NCBI GenBank assembly: GCA_023249475.1
Contig: JAHFCO010000005.1
Location: 10,870 to 74,869, forward strand
Origin: Bacillota bacterium
GTDB taxonomy: Bacteria > Bacillota_I > Bacilli_A > Erysipelotrichales > Erysipelotrichaceae
Reading direction: 5' to 3'
Length of the DNA: 64,000 bases
Position numbers and translations under genes: made by a program
Shown: one piece after another, positions 11,230 through 21,361 of the stretch
Layout: every line of letters starts with the position of its first letter
How positions within the stretch are numbered: the first letter of the stretch is position 1
Notes under the pieces: generated by a model
What the model saw: only the letters and a program-made list of their open reading frames with translations
Databases searched by the model: none
Told to the model about the DNA's origin: nothing

Positions 11230-12879
11230 GACGGTCTTGTTGTTTTTAAGTAGATTCAGGATGAACTCCTCGTTGGGGTCGATATAGATGGTTTTATACG
11301 CGCCAAGGGCGACCATCCCCAACTTCGCCCCGGGAATCTTCTTGATCGAAGACACTTTACAATAGTTGACCGGTACGCTGGAGGATGTCCTTGCTTGCGA
11401 ATAATACGCCGCCAACATCGCCGCGGTACGCAGGGTCGTCTCATCGGGGGAATCGGTCTCCACCACCACATGCGCCCCGTGATGATCCTTGACGTGCAGC
11501 CACGTATCGTTCTTGCGTGCCAGTTTGAAGGTGATGTAGTCGTTTTGAAGGTTGTTCTTCCCGACATGGATCCGTATCCCGTTCTCCAATACGAAGCTAA
11601 GATATTGGGGAAGGCTTTTTTTCTTACGCCGGATTTTCGAAGGCATGGCCTTCAAAATCCCCGCTTCCGCCAATTCCTGACGGATCTCGATCGCGTCGTT
11701 CACCCCGGCGATTTCCAACTGCTCCTTCAACCCTTCATAATAGGCGATTTCGTTCTCGCAGATTTCGATCTGCTGAAGCAAATGTTCCTGCCCTTTTTTG
11801 CCTTTTTGATATTTCTGGAAATACTTCTTCGCATTTCCTTTCCCATCCAACTTGGTGTCCAAGGGGATCGTGATCACCCCTTCACCTTCGTAGGAAGGCA
11901 CGTCGATCGACGTGCTGCCTTTCTCGGCATTCGATCCAAAGGCATAGAGGTAGTCGCCCATCGTCCGCCACTTCTCGCAATCCAACGCCTCATCCAGCGC
12001 TTCCTTCAGTTTCGGAAGTTTCTGCGTGTATTTCTTGATCTCGCGCGTCACGAACTTGAAGAGGTCGCCCGTATGCTGGCGGATCCGCTCGCGTTCTTCT
12101 TTTTGATAATAGAGTTCATCCAGTCCCGACATGAGAGGGAATTGACGGTAAGGAACCCCTAAATGCGTCAAGGGTAGGCAATGAAATTGCGTTTCATTTT
12201 TATCTTCGCTAAGATACAGGTAATGGCTGTCCCGTATCTGGTCCATGACCTGTCTGAAGGTTTCCCCATGTTGCATCCGGCATTGGATTTCCCGTCCCAA
12301 CAAAGGCGATACGCCGTGGAATTGTTGGGTGAAGCTCAATTCAGGATCGACGTCGTCGCTTTCCAGGGGATCGCGCTTGTCTTGGATTTCAGGGTCGCTG
12401 TACATCGCACCGGGTTGGATGGTCCGTTTGGTATTCTCAAACGGCGGGATCCGCTTCAAGGCATCGACGATCTTGCCCGTATCGTCGACCAAGATCAGGT
12501 TCGCATATTTGCCCATCAGTTCGATGTAGAGGGTGTGCGTCACGCTGTCGCCCAGGTCGTTGCGTTGCATCACGGTCATCTTGACCACCCGGTCCAGCCC
12601 GAGTTGTTTCAGTTCCGTGATCCATCCGTCTTCGCAATGCTTGCGTAAAAGCATGACGAAATGGCTGGGTTCCTCCGGCGTCGTATAGACGCGTTCGCTG
12701 AATTGGATCCGGTTGTAGACCGAATGCAGGGAAACCAGCAGGTTCTTGCGGCTCTTCGCGCTTCGTAAATGGAAGAGCACTTCATTTTCCGATAAGTTGT
12801 AGATCTTATGGATTTTCGTCGGAACTTCGAGTTCGAGTTCCGCGACGATGCGATGCATCAGCAGTCCGTCCAGCGCCAT
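11224..12879 (-). CDS. rqcH: Ribosome quality-control factor RqcH (NFACT / fibronectin-binding protein A family)
   Basis: Within ORF 11224..13062. Begins MALDGLLMHRIVAELE (ATG at 12879). NFACT-N, coiled-coil and NFACT-R regions (WLHVKDHHGAHVVV). Confidence 0.85.
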   Translation of the reverse strand: MALDGLLMHRIVAELELEVPTKIHKIYNLSENEVLFHLRSAKSRKNLLVSLHSVYNRIQFSERVYTTPEEPSHFVMLLRKHCEDGWITELKQLGLDRVVKMTVMQRNDLGDSVTHTLYIELMGKYANLILVDDTGKIVDALKRIPPFENTKRTIQPGAMYSDPEIQDKRDPLESDDVDPELSFTQQFHGVSPLLGREIQCRMQHGETFRQVMDQIRDSHYLYLSEDKNETQFHCLPLTHLGVPYRQFPLMSGLDELYYQKEERERIRQHTGDLFKFVTREIKKYTQKLPKLKEALDEALDCEKWRTMGDYLYAFGSNAEKGSTSIDVPSYEGEGVITIPLDTKLDGKGNAKKYFQKYQKGKKGQEHLLQQIEICENEIAYYEGLKEQLEIAGVNDAIEIRQELAEAGILKAMPSKIRRKKKSLPQYLSFVLENGIRIHVGKNNLQNDYITFKLARKNDTWLHVKDHHGAHVVVETDSPDETTLRTAAMLAAYYSQARTSSSVPVNYCKVSSIKKIPGAKLGMVALGAYKTIYIDPNEEFILNLLKNNKTVS

Positions 12880-12964
12880 ATTCAACCTTCTTTCGCAAAA
12901 CATTATAACATATTTGAAAATGCGGGATTGTGTAGTATCATAAATAGAAAGAAAGAGGTGTGCC

Positions 12965-13531
12965 ATGCCAAAGAAAGGGTTACTCATCATATTAAGCGGA
13001 CCCAGCGGCGTCGGTAAAGGAACCGTCCGTGACCAGTTCATCGACGATCCCGAACTGAACATCGCTTATTCCGTTTCAATGACAACCCGTACGCGACGTC
13101 CCAACGAACGCGACGGGGTCGATTATCTGTTCGTCACCCGCGATCGTTTCATGGAAGCGATCAAGAAAGGGGAACTGCTTGAATATGCGGAGTTTGTCGG
13201 GAACTACTACGGCACACAGGCCGCCTATGTCGAGAAACTGCGCAACGAAGGAAAGAATGTTTTGCTGGAGATCGAAGTCCAAGGCGCGACCCAGATCAAG
13301 GAGAAGGTGAAGGACGCGTTGACGATTTTCATCGTCCCGCCCAGCATGGAAGAACTGGAAAAGAGAATCCGCGGACGTCGTACCGAAGCGGAAGAAATCG
13401 TCCAACAACGACTTTCGAAAGCTTCCAAAGAAATGGAACTGATCGGGCATTATAAATTCGTGGTCTGTAACGAAGACCCCAAACTCGCAGCGCAGATCAT
13501 CTCGCTGATCATCAAACGTCACATGGAATAA
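12965..13531 (+). CDS. gmk: Guanylate kinase
   Basis: 188 aa. P-loop SGPSGVGKGT and the TTR..R..E..G.DY motif. Confidence 0.95.
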   Translation: MPKKGLLIILSGPSGVGKGTVRDQFIDDPELNIAYSVSMTTRTRRPNERDGVDYLFVTRDRFMEAIKKGELLEYAEFVGNYYGTQAAYVEKLRNEGKNVLLEIEVQGATQIKEKVKDALTIFIVPPSMEELEKRIRGRRTEAEEIVQQRLSKASKEMELIGHYKFVVCNEDPKLAAQIISLIIKRHME

Positions 13532-13537
13532 ATACGG

Positions 13538-13569
13538 ACACAATCCTTTACGGATTGTGTTTTTGTTTT
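13538..13569 (+). terminator. Terminator after gmk
   Basis: ACACAATCC-TTTAC-GGATTGTGT followed by TTTTGTTTT. Confidence 0.8.
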
Positions 13570-13625
13570 CGCCCTTTTTTACGTCATGTCGGATAGTGTA
13601 TAATGTACCCGAAACGGAGTCGCCA

Positions 13626-15776
13626 ATGAACCTCGCCCAAATCTGGATCCAACATCGCACGATGCATCTCAATTCGACCTACACCTACCGTGCGGACGGG
13701 TTTTCGCTGCGTCCGGGTCAGCGTGTCGAAGTCGTGTTCAATCGTAAGAAAGTGATCGGTTTCGTGGCGAAAAGCGAAGCGACCCTCAAGACGAAAGAAG
13801 AATACGAAGCCGAAGCCGGATATCAACTCGCCGCGATCTTGCGGGTGTTGGATGAAACGCCGGTCTTGAACGAGGAATTGTTTCAGTTGGGCTTGTGGTT
13901 GTCGTATGCGACCGTTTCCCCGGTCATCGCCTGTTTCCAAACGATGTTGCCGCGCTATCTCAATCCCAGGGATACCACCCGCAAACCGGTATCCGAACTT
14001 TGGGTCTTCGCCCTCGACCATGAAACGGTGAATGCGAAATACATCGACATCCATGCGGAAATCAAAGCAAAGGAAGGCATGCGCTTGCGCGATGCCAAGG
14101 AAGAATACGGAAGTAAAATCGAAACCATGGTGAAGCATGGTTGGCTGGATAAAAAGATGATCGACGCGGTTTATCGGGTCAAACCGGTGGAGACCAAGGA
14201 AGTCGGGTATCGGCTGAGCCAGACGCAGGAAGAGGCGTTGATGAAGATCCGCGAGAGCGTCAACGATGTCGTTTGCCTGCTTGGACCGACGGGGTCGGGG
14301 AAGACCGAGGTCTACCTTCGGCTTGCCCAGGAAGTCATCGACAATCATGGTCAGGCGTTGATTCTGGTCCCCGAGATTTCATTGACGCCCCAGATGGTCA
14401 AACGGGTCGAAGAGCGCTTCGGACAAGACGTCATCCTTTACCATTCGCAACTTAACGACAACCAGCGTTTCCAACAATACACCCGTGTGAAACAGGGCGA
14501 TGCGGCCGTGGTCGTGGGGACGCGTTCCGCCATCTGGCTGCCTTTCACCAACCTTCGTCTGATCGTGTTGGACGAGGAACATGACAATAGCTACAAACAG
14601 GATCTCTCGCCGAAATACCATTGCCGGGATGTCGCGATGGAACGTGCAAGACACTTCCATGCGAAAGTGATCCTGGGAAGCGCGACGCCTTCCTTGGACA
14701 CCTACGCACGGGCGAAACGAGGCGTCTATGAACTCGTCGAACTCGACGGTCGGATCGCCGGGGTCTTGCCTGAAGTGGTCCTGGTGAAACCCAGGGTCAG
14801 GATGCAGGTGGCGCAAGAAATACGCGAAGCGATCGCGGATCGCTTGGATAAAAAAGAACAGATTCTGATCCTGCTTAACAAACGGGGCTACGCCCCCGTC
14901 TTGCAGTGCGTGGATTGCGGTTACGTTGAAATGTGCACGGATTGCGACCGGCCGATGAGCGTCCATAAGGAAGACGGGATCCTCAAATGCCACAGTTGCG
15001 GAAAAACGAAACCCTTGGCTTCGCACTGCCCCTCATGTCAAGGAAGCCATCTACGGATGATCGGGTCGGGGACGCAGAAGGTCGAAGAAGAACTGAGACA
15101 AACTTTCCCCCAAGCGCGCATCACCCGGATGGACAGCGATTCCACCCAACGCAAGGATAGCCACCGCGACCTTTTGCGGCAATTCGAAGACCATGAAAGC
15201 GACATCCTCCTGGGTACCCAGATGATCGCCAAAGGCTTGGACATCCCCAATGTCACGCTCGCCGTCGTTCTGGGCGTCGACCAGGCGCTTTTGCGTAGCG
15301 ATGTACGAAGCGTCGAAGAAACCTTCGCGCTGTTGGTTCAGGCTGCCGGACGAAGCGGCCGGGGCGAGGGGAAGGGACAGGTGTTGGTCCAAACCTCCGC
15401 AACCGACCATTACGCGATCCAATGCGCTCTGAAGCATGACTACCTACGCTTCTTTTCGATCGAGATGCGCTATCGCAAGATCGGACAGAACCCGCCCTAT
15501 ACCTATCTGATCGCCCTAGAATATACCTCGAAGACGCATGATTCCGCGCTGGATTGCGCGAAGGATGCGGCGATGTGGTTCGCTTCGACCCCTGAGATCC
15601 GGATCCTGGGTCCGGTGGATTTAGGCAAAACCAAAGGGGCGTATCGCTGCCGGATCATCCTGAAAGGGAAGAACCTGGATTCGATGCGAAACGCCGTCTG
15701 GAGATTACTGGATGAAAACGAGCTCAAAGGGGATGTCGAACTGAGTGTCGACGTCAATCCTTTGACCTTGATGTGA
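13626..15776 (+). CDS. priA: Primosomal replication-restart helicase PriA
   Basis: Within ORF 13557..15776. Walker A GPTGSGKTEVY, DEEH box, and a Cys-rich zinc region (CVDCGY...CTDCD...CHSCG...CPSC). Confidence 0.93.
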   Translation: MNLAQIWIQHRTMHLNSTYTYRADGFSLRPGQRVEVVFNRKKVIGFVAKSEATLKTKEEYEAEAGYQLAAILRVLDETPVLNEELFQLGLWLSYATVSPVIACFQTMLPRYLNPRDTTRKPVSELWVFALDHETVNAKYIDIHAEIKAKEGMRLRDAKEEYGSKIETMVKHGWLDKKMIDAVYRVKPVETKEVGYRLSQTQEEALMKIRESVNDVVCLLGPTGSGKTEVYLRLAQEVIDNHGQALILVPEISLTPQMVKRVEERFGQDVILYHSQLNDNQRFQQYTRVKQGDAAVVVGTRSAIWLPFTNLRLIVLDEEHDNSYKQDLSPKYHCRDVAMERARHFHAKVILGSATPSLDTYARAKRGVYELVELDGRIAGVLPEVVLVKPRVRMQVAQEIREAIADRLDKKEQILILLNKRGYAPVLQCVDCGYVEMCTDCDRPMSVHKEDGILKCHSCGKTKPLASHCPSCQGSHLRMIGSGTQKVEEELRQTFPQARITRMDSDSTQRKDSHRDLLRQFEDHESDILLGTQMIAKGLDIPNVTLAVVLGVDQALLRSDVRSVEETFALLVQAAGRSGRGEGKGQVLVQTSATDHYAIQCALKHDYLRFFSIEMRYRKIGQNPPYTYLIALEYTSKTHDSALDCAKDAAMWFASTPEIRILGPVDLGKTKGAYRCRIILKGKNLDSMRNAVWRLLDENELKGDVELSVDVNPLTLM

Positions 15777-15783
15777 GGAAACC

Positions 15784-17034
15784 ATGAACGCACGCTATCT
15801 CGCCGTCGAGCTGATCCACGGCGTATTGACGAAACAAGCCTATGCGAACCTAAGCCTGAAACAACGCTTGGACGAAGCCCGTCCGATCGACCGCGGCTTG
15901 ATCACGCAGTTGGTCTACGGGACCCTGCAGAACCAGATTTACTGTCGCAACCGATGGAAGAAACATGTACAGAAAGAACCGGATGCCTTGGTCGCATCCC
16001 TTTTGGACATGTGCGTCTATCAGTTGATGTTCCTCGACAAGGTTCCCGACTACGCCGTCCTGGATGAAGCGCAGTCGATCCTACGCCAAAAACACCGCGG
16101 TTCGGCGACCGGTTTGATCAACGCCGTCTTGCGCAAGGTCATCGAAGAAGGCAAAATCGACATCGAACATGAGGATGAAATCGAACGCGTCGCACTGAAT
16201 ACGAGCCTCCCGTCCTGGATCTTGAAAATGTGGGTGAAACAATACGGGAAAGAAGACGCGCTGAAGTGCGCGTACAGTCTGATCCAAAACGTACAGACCA
16301 GCATCAAGGTCAATCCTTTGAAGGCGAGCCGTGAAGAAATGCTTGAAGATTCTAGGTTTACTCCGGGGAAGTTGGTCGAGGATGCGCTTCGCTATCAAGG
16401 GAACTTCCTTGAAAGCGAATGGTTTAAAGACGGGAAAGGGATATTGCAGGATGAAGCCAGCCAGATGGTGGTTTCCTGGGTGGATGCGAAACCGGGGATG
16501 GAAATCCTGGATCTCTGCGCCGCGCCGGGGACGAAGACCGCCGGCATGGCCTTCGCGATGCGCAACTCCGGGCGGATCGTCGCGCTTGACCTGCATGAAC
16601 ACCGGGTCAGGCTGATCCAGGAAGGGATGCATAAACTGGGGGTTACGATCGTCGAACCCTACGCCTGCGACAGTCGCGACTGTGCTAGCGTCCTGCAAGA
16701 CCGGCGCTTCGACGCGGTCCTGGCGGATGTCCCGTGTTCGGGCCTGGGCGTATTGCGCCGAAAACCCGACATCAAGGCAAGGATCCGTCCAAGCGATCTC
16801 GACGACCTTCAACTCCTGCAAGGGCAGTTGTTGGAAGAAGCGGGAAAACGGGTGAAAGCCGGAGGCGTGCTGGTCTATTCGACCTGCACCCTCAACAAGA
16901 AAGAGAACCAAGCCCAGGTCGCGTCTTTCCTGAAAAACAACGAAGAGTTTGTCCTGGTCAGGGAGCGTACGATCTTTCCCTACGAACAAGAGACCGATGG
17001 ATTCTACATCGCGCAAATGCAAAGAAACCAGTAA
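15784..17034 (+). CDS. rsmB: 16S rRNA (cytosine967-C5)-methyltransferase RsmB/Sun
   Basis: 416 aa. NusB-like N-terminal domain followed by a SAM methyltransferase (DLCAAPGTKT, DVPCSGLGVLRRKPD, YSTCT). Confidence 0.9.
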   Translation: MNARYLAVELIHGVLTKQAYANLSLKQRLDEARPIDRGLITQLVYGTLQNQIYCRNRWKKHVQKEPDALVASLLDMCVYQLMFLDKVPDYAVLDEAQSILRQKHRGSATGLINAVLRKVIEEGKIDIEHEDEIERVALNTSLPSWILKMWVKQYGKEDALKCAYSLIQNVQTSIKVNPLKASREEMLEDSRFTPGKLVEDALRYQGNFLESEWFKDGKGILQDEASQMVVSWVDAKPGMEILDLCAAPGTKTAGMAFAMRNSGRIVALDLHEHRVRLIQEGMHKLGVTIVEPYACDSRDCASVLQDRRFDAVLADVPCSGLGVLRRKPDIKARIRPSDLDDLQLLQGQLLEEAGKRVKAGGVLVYSTCTLNKKENQAQVASFLKNNEEFVLVRERTIFPYEQETDGFYIAQMQRNQ

Positions 17035-17061
17035 TGTGTTAAAATACGGGGTGGTGATACC

Positions 17062-18117
17062 TTGAAAACAATCTATGATTACAGTTATGAAAAAATGGAA
17101 GCGAGCATGTTGGGCGAAGGGTGGAAGAAATTCCGCTCCCAACAGCTTTTCCAGTGGCTATATCGCAAACGGGTCGGATCCTTCGATGAGATGAGCGACC
17201 TCTCCCAAGAAATGCGGGAGCGGCTCAAAGAAAAATACGTCATCGATCCGCTTCGGCTTGTGAAACGGTTGGTTTCGTCCGACGGGACCGTCAAGTATCT
17301 TTTCCGCCTGCAAGACGGAAGCCTGGCCGAAACCGTATTGATGCACTACGATTACGGGAAATCGGTCTGCGTGACCTCCCAGATCGGATGCAACATGGGC
17401 TGCGCGTTCTGCGCCAGCGGACTACTTAAGAAAACACGCGACGTGACCTCGGGGGAAATGGTCGCCCAGGTCATGTACGTGCAGCGCGAACTCGATAAAG
17501 AACAGGAACGGGTAAGCCACGTGGTCATCATGGGCACGGGCGAACCCTTCGACAACTATGAGAACGTGATGGACTTCATGAACACGATCAACCACGACAA
17601 GGGCCTGGCGATCGGGGCGCGGCACATCACCGTCTCCACCTGCGGCATCGCGGACAAGATCCGTCGCTTCGCCCATGAGAACGTCCAGTACAACCTGGCG
17701 ATCTCCCTCCACGCCCCCAACGATGAACTCAGGACCCGGTTGATGCCCATCAACAAGGCCTATCCTTTGGGTGAACTGATGGAGGCGATCCGCGAATACG
17801 CGGGGTTGAACAATCGCCGGATCACCTTCGAATACATCCTTTTGAAAGGGGTCAACGACCAACCGGAACATGCCACGCAGCTGGCGCACCTGATCAAAGG
17901 GCTCAATGCCTATGTGAACCTGATTCCCTATAACGCGGTCGACGAACACGGGTTCAAAGGGGTCAGTTTCCCCCAGGCCATGGCGTTCTACGACCGTTTA
18001 TGCAAACTGAATGTGAAATGCACCTTGCGCCAAGAGCACGGGGCGGACATCGATGCCGCCTGCGGACAATTGAGGGCGAAGGTTGAGAGAGGAGAATTGG
18101 ATGATTTGTTGGGGTAG
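17062..18117 (+). CDS. rlmN: 23S rRNA/tRNA A2503 C2-methyltransferase RlmN (radical SAM)
   Basis: 351 aa with a TTG start. Radical-SAM motif CNMGCAFC, plus GMGEP-like GTGEP and a C-terminal DIDAACGQL. Confidence 0.93.
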   Translation: MKTIYDYSYEKMEASMLGEGWKKFRSQQLFQWLYRKRVGSFDEMSDLSQEMRERLKEKYVIDPLRLVKRLVSSDGTVKYLFRLQDGSLAETVLMHYDYGKSVCVTSQIGCNMGCAFCASGLLKKTRDVTSGEMVAQVMYVQRELDKEQERVSHVVIMGTGEPFDNYENVMDFMNTINHDKGLAIGARHITVSTCGIADKIRRFAHENVQYNLAISLHAPNDELRTRLMPINKAYPLGELMEAIREYAGLNNRRITFEYILLKGVNDQPEHATQLAHLIKGLNAYVNLIPYNAVDEHGFKGVSFPQAMAFYDRLCKLNVKCTLRQEHGADIDAACGQLRAKVERGELDDLLG

Positions 18118-18841
18118 AAGCGATATCGGGAAAAACCGGAAGATGAACCAGGATGCCTTCGTCATCAAACAAAACGGATCTTCGATCCTGGCTTTGGTAT
18201 GCGACGGCATGGGCGGGGCGAAGGCCGGGGAAGTCGCCAGCAAAATGGCCTGCGACAAGATCGCCGAGTATTTCGACGAACATCCCGACCTTAAGGCCGA
18301 TACGATGGAAAACTGGTTGTACGGCGCGGTCATGCATGCCAACGACGCCGTGTTCGCGGCCTCGATCAACCGGAGCGACTATTTCGGAATGGGGACGACC
18401 TTGGTCGGCTTCTTGAAAGTGGACGACAAACTCATCAGCGTGAACGTCGGCGATAGCCGCCTCTACCGCTTTTTCGACCACCGCGTCGCGCAACTGACCG
18501 TCGATCATTCCTTGGTCCACGAGCTCCTGCAACGCGGCCTGATCAGCGAAGAAGAAACGAAGAACCATCCCCAACGCCATGTGTTGACCAACGCCCTGGG
18601 GATCTCCAAAGCCATACGGATCGACATCCATCCGATCGAAGAACCCTTCGATCTCCTTCTCGTCGCCAGCGACGGACTGCATTCCATGCTTCCGGATGAA
18701 GAAATCCAACGGATCCTGGATGAGAAAGAACCTCCTCAGGCGCTATGCGACCGCTTGATCGATAAAGCCAACGAGGCGGGGGGGAACGACAACATCACCG
18801 TGATCCTCGCGGCCGCGAGACCGGAGGTGCGCCATGGCTGA
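18101..18841 (+). CDS. stp: PP2C-family Ser/Thr phosphatase (Stp/PrpC)
   Basis: Within ORF 18083..18841. RSDIGKNRKMNQD, VCDGMGG and SDGL motifs. ATG 18101 follows GAGAGGAG and overlaps the end of rlmN. Confidence 0.9.
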   Translation: MICWGRSDIGKNRKMNQDAFVIKQNGSSILALVCDGMGGAKAGEVASKMACDKIAEYFDEHPDLKADTMENWLYGAVMHANDAVFAASINRSDYFGMGTTLVGFLKVDDKLISVNVGDSRLYRFFDHRVAQLTVDHSLVHELLQRGLISEEETKNHPQRHVLTNALGISKAIRIDIHPIEEPFDLLLVASDGLHSMLPDEEIQRILDEKEPPQALCDRLIDKANEAGGNDNITVILAAARPEVRHG

Positions 18842-20480
18842 ACTCCTCGGGAATCGGTACCTGCTTGTCCAACCCTTAGGGGAAGGCGGCATGGCCAACG
18901 TGTTCCTCGCCGTCGATTCATTGTTGAACCGCGAAGTCGCGGTCAAGATCCTACGCGGGGACCTTTCGGGCGATGCGATCGCCCTCTTACGTTTCCAGCG
19001 CGAAGCCAATGCGGCAAGCGCCCTCAGCCATCCCAACATCGTCGAAATCTACGATGTCGGCGAAGACCAGGGGAAACACTTCATCGTCATGGAATATGTG
19101 CGCGGACGCACCTTGAAACAGTTGATCCAACAACGCGGGGCGATGGACAAGAACGAAGCCGTCTCCGTCATGCGTCAATTGATTTCCGCCGTCCAGGTCG
19201 CGCATAAGAACAACATCATCCATCGCGACATCAAACCGCAGAACGTCCTGATCAAGGACGACGGCACGGCCAAGATCACCGATTTCGGGATCGCGACCGC
19301 CCAGGACGCCGTCCAACTCACCCAGACCGACACGGTCATGGGGAGCGTGCATTATCTCGCCCCCGAACTGGCACGCGGCGAAAGCGCGAGCTTTCAAAGC
19401 GACATCTATTCCATGGGCATCGTCTTCTATGAACTCCTGACCGGAACCGTCCCGCATACCGGGGACGCCCCGGTGCAGATCGCACTCAAACACATGCGCG
19501 AGGACATCCCGTCCGTCCGTGAGAACAACGCGACGATCCCGCAGTCCCTCGACAACATCATCATCAAGTCGACGGCGAAAAACAAGGCGAACCGTTACAA
19601 GACGGCGGGGGAGATGCTTGACGATCTGAACCAGAGCCTGGAAGAGAAACATGTCAACGACGCGAAATTGGTTTTCCCGGAAGACAAGCAAAACGGAGAC
19701 ACGATCCTGATACCGGAAGTATCGGGTGTCCGCGAGAAAAAACGACCGAACTTCGCCTATGCGGTGATCGGGATCGGGTTGACCATCCTTTCCGGGATCG
19801 TCATCACCATGATCATCGTCCTGGGCGGGATGTTCGAACCCGTCAGTAAGGTCGTGAAAATCCCGGACGTCGTCGGGATGACGCTGGAAGAAGCGCGCGG
19901 CGAACTCAACGCCCTGATCATCAGCGTCTCTTCCGTGAAGTATCAATTGACGGACGACATCCCCGAAGGGCAAGTCATCATGGTTTCGCCCAAGGCCGGC
20001 GTCGAAGTGGAAAAGGGGTCGTCGGTCGTCCTGACGATTTCGGAGGGGATCTACGTGGTGGTCGGCGATTATGCCAACCGCAACATCGACGAGGTCCGCG
20101 AAGAGTTGAAATCGTTGAAAATCACGATCCGCGTCGAGAACACCCCCAATTCGACCTTGGCGGCCGGGACGATCATCAGCCAGGAACTCTTGATTCCAGG
20201 ACAGAAGCTCGATCCGCAACGCCAATACGAAATCAAGTTCTATGTCGCCTCGGACGTCGAATTCATCATCCCGCAAGTCGTGGGGATGGGGATCGAGACG
20301 GCCAAAGCCATGCTTGAGGGCGACGGGGCCGTCGTCGTCGCGACACAGAAGTCGACCGAAGGCATGAGCGAGGAAGAAATCGCCGCCTTGGTCCGCAACG
20401 TCGTCGTGGAAGTCACACCCAGTGCCGGGAGCTATTATATCCAGGGGGAAAACAATGTCATTACCCTATATTACTACTAG
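18834..20480 (+). CDS. prkC: Ser/Thr protein kinase with three PASTA domains (PrkC/PknB-type)
   Basis: 548 aa. Hanks kinase motifs (GEGGMANVF, HRDIKPQN, DFGIA), one TM helix, then three PASTA-like repeats of about 65 aa. Confidence 0.92.
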   Translation: MAELLGNRYLLVQPLGEGGMANVFLAVDSLLNREVAVKILRGDLSGDAIALLRFQREANAASALSHPNIVEIYDVGEDQGKHFIVMEYVRGRTLKQLIQQRGAMDKNEAVSVMRQLISAVQVAHKNNIIHRDIKPQNVLIKDDGTAKITDFGIATAQDAVQLTQTDTVMGSVHYLAPELARGESASFQSDIYSMGIVFYELLTGTVPHTGDAPVQIALKHMREDIPSVRENNATIPQSLDNIIIKSTAKNKANRYKTAGEMLDDLNQSLEEKHVNDAKLVFPEDKQNGDTILIPEVSGVREKKRPNFAYAVIGIGLTILSGIVITMIIVLGGMFEPVSKVVKIPDVVGMTLEEARGELNALIISVSSVKYQLTDDIPEGQVIMVSPKAGVEVEKGSSVVLTISEGIYVVVGDYANRNIDEVREELKSLKITIRVENTPNSTLAAGTIISQELLIPGQKLDPQRQYEIKFYVASDVEFIIPQVVGMGIETAKAMLEGDGAVVVATQKSTEGMSEEEIAALVRNVVVEVTPSAGSYYIQGENNVITLYYY

Positions 20481-20488
20481 GAGAACCC

Positions 20489-21361
20489 ATGCCTAAAGCA
20501 CGGATCATTAAAATCGTCTCCAACCAATACACCCTCCTCGCCGAAAACAAGGCCGAGTTCACGGCGGTCGCGATGGGGAAACTCCGCTTGAAGAAATCAC
20601 CGGTCGTCGGCGATTTCGTCCGCTATGAACAACACGAAGGCAACGTCGGGATCGAGGAAGTGCTACCGAGAAAGAATTCGCTCGTGCGTCCCTTGATCGC
20701 CAACGTCGACCAGGCCCTGGTCGTCATGAGCGCCCTGAAACCCGAGTTTTCTTCCGTCCTGGTCGACCGTCTATGCATCTTGATCCGCGCCGCCGGCATC
20801 GAACCGGTGCTGATCGTCACGAAACTCGATTTGATCGTCACCGACGATCCGCTTTATCGAACCTTGCGGGAATACCGCGACGGGGGGATGCGGGTGGTCG
20901 AAGTCGGACGGGATCGGCCGATCGACGATCTTTTAAACGTGTTGGAAGGCAAGATCAGCGTTCTGACCGGACAAAGCGGGGTCGGGAAATCGTCGTTGGT
21001 CAATCGGCTCGATTTGAAGTTCGACTTGGAGACGCAGGAGATTTCAAAGGCGCTGGGAAGAGGCAAACATACCACGCGCCATGTCCAGCTCCATGAAGCC
21101 GGGGGAGGATGGATCGCGGATACCCCGGGGTTCTCTTCGATGGATTTCACCCAGCTCGACCCCGACCTTATGGAAAACTACATCAGCGAGTTCATCCCGT
21201 TTTTAGGGAAATGCCGTTTCCGCAATTGCCGGCATGATAACGAACCGGATTGCGCGATCAAGCAGGCCGTGAACGAGAAGAAGATTCCGCAGACCCGTTA
21301 CGATAACTATCTCGCGATCTACAAGATGGCGAAAGAAGCAAAGGAGACCCAATACCAATGA
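20489..21361 (+). CDS. rsgA: Ribosome small-subunit-dependent GTPase RsgA (CpgA)
   Basis: 290 aa. Circularly permuted GTPase (TKLDL, GQSGVGKSSL) and a C-terminal zinc motif CRFRNCRHDNEPDC. Confidence 0.92.
   Translation: MPKARIIKIVSNQYTLLAENKAEFTAVAMGKLRLKKSPVVGDFVRYEQHEGNVGIEEVLPRKNSLVRPLIANVDQALVVMSALKPEFSSVLVDRLCILIRAAGIEPVLIVTKLDLIVTDDPLYRTLREYRDGGMRVVEVGRDRPIDDLLNVLEGKISVLTGQSGVGKSSLVNRLDLKFDLETQEISKALGRGKHTTRHVQLHEAGGGWIADTPGFSSMDFTQLDPDLMENYISEFIPFLGKCRFRNCRHDNEPDCAIKQAVNEKKIPQTRYDNYLAIYKMAKEAKETQYQ

Noticed and set aside
12880-13062. N-terminal extensions offered by the ORF track: rqcH to 13062, ppcA to 38079, ygjP-like from 10408, DUF2294 to 38544, cstA from 52734, LUD from 54214, and others.
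   Set aside because: The internal starts have proper RBSs and match the family N-termini. The extensions overlap neighbouring genes, promoters or terminator stems.
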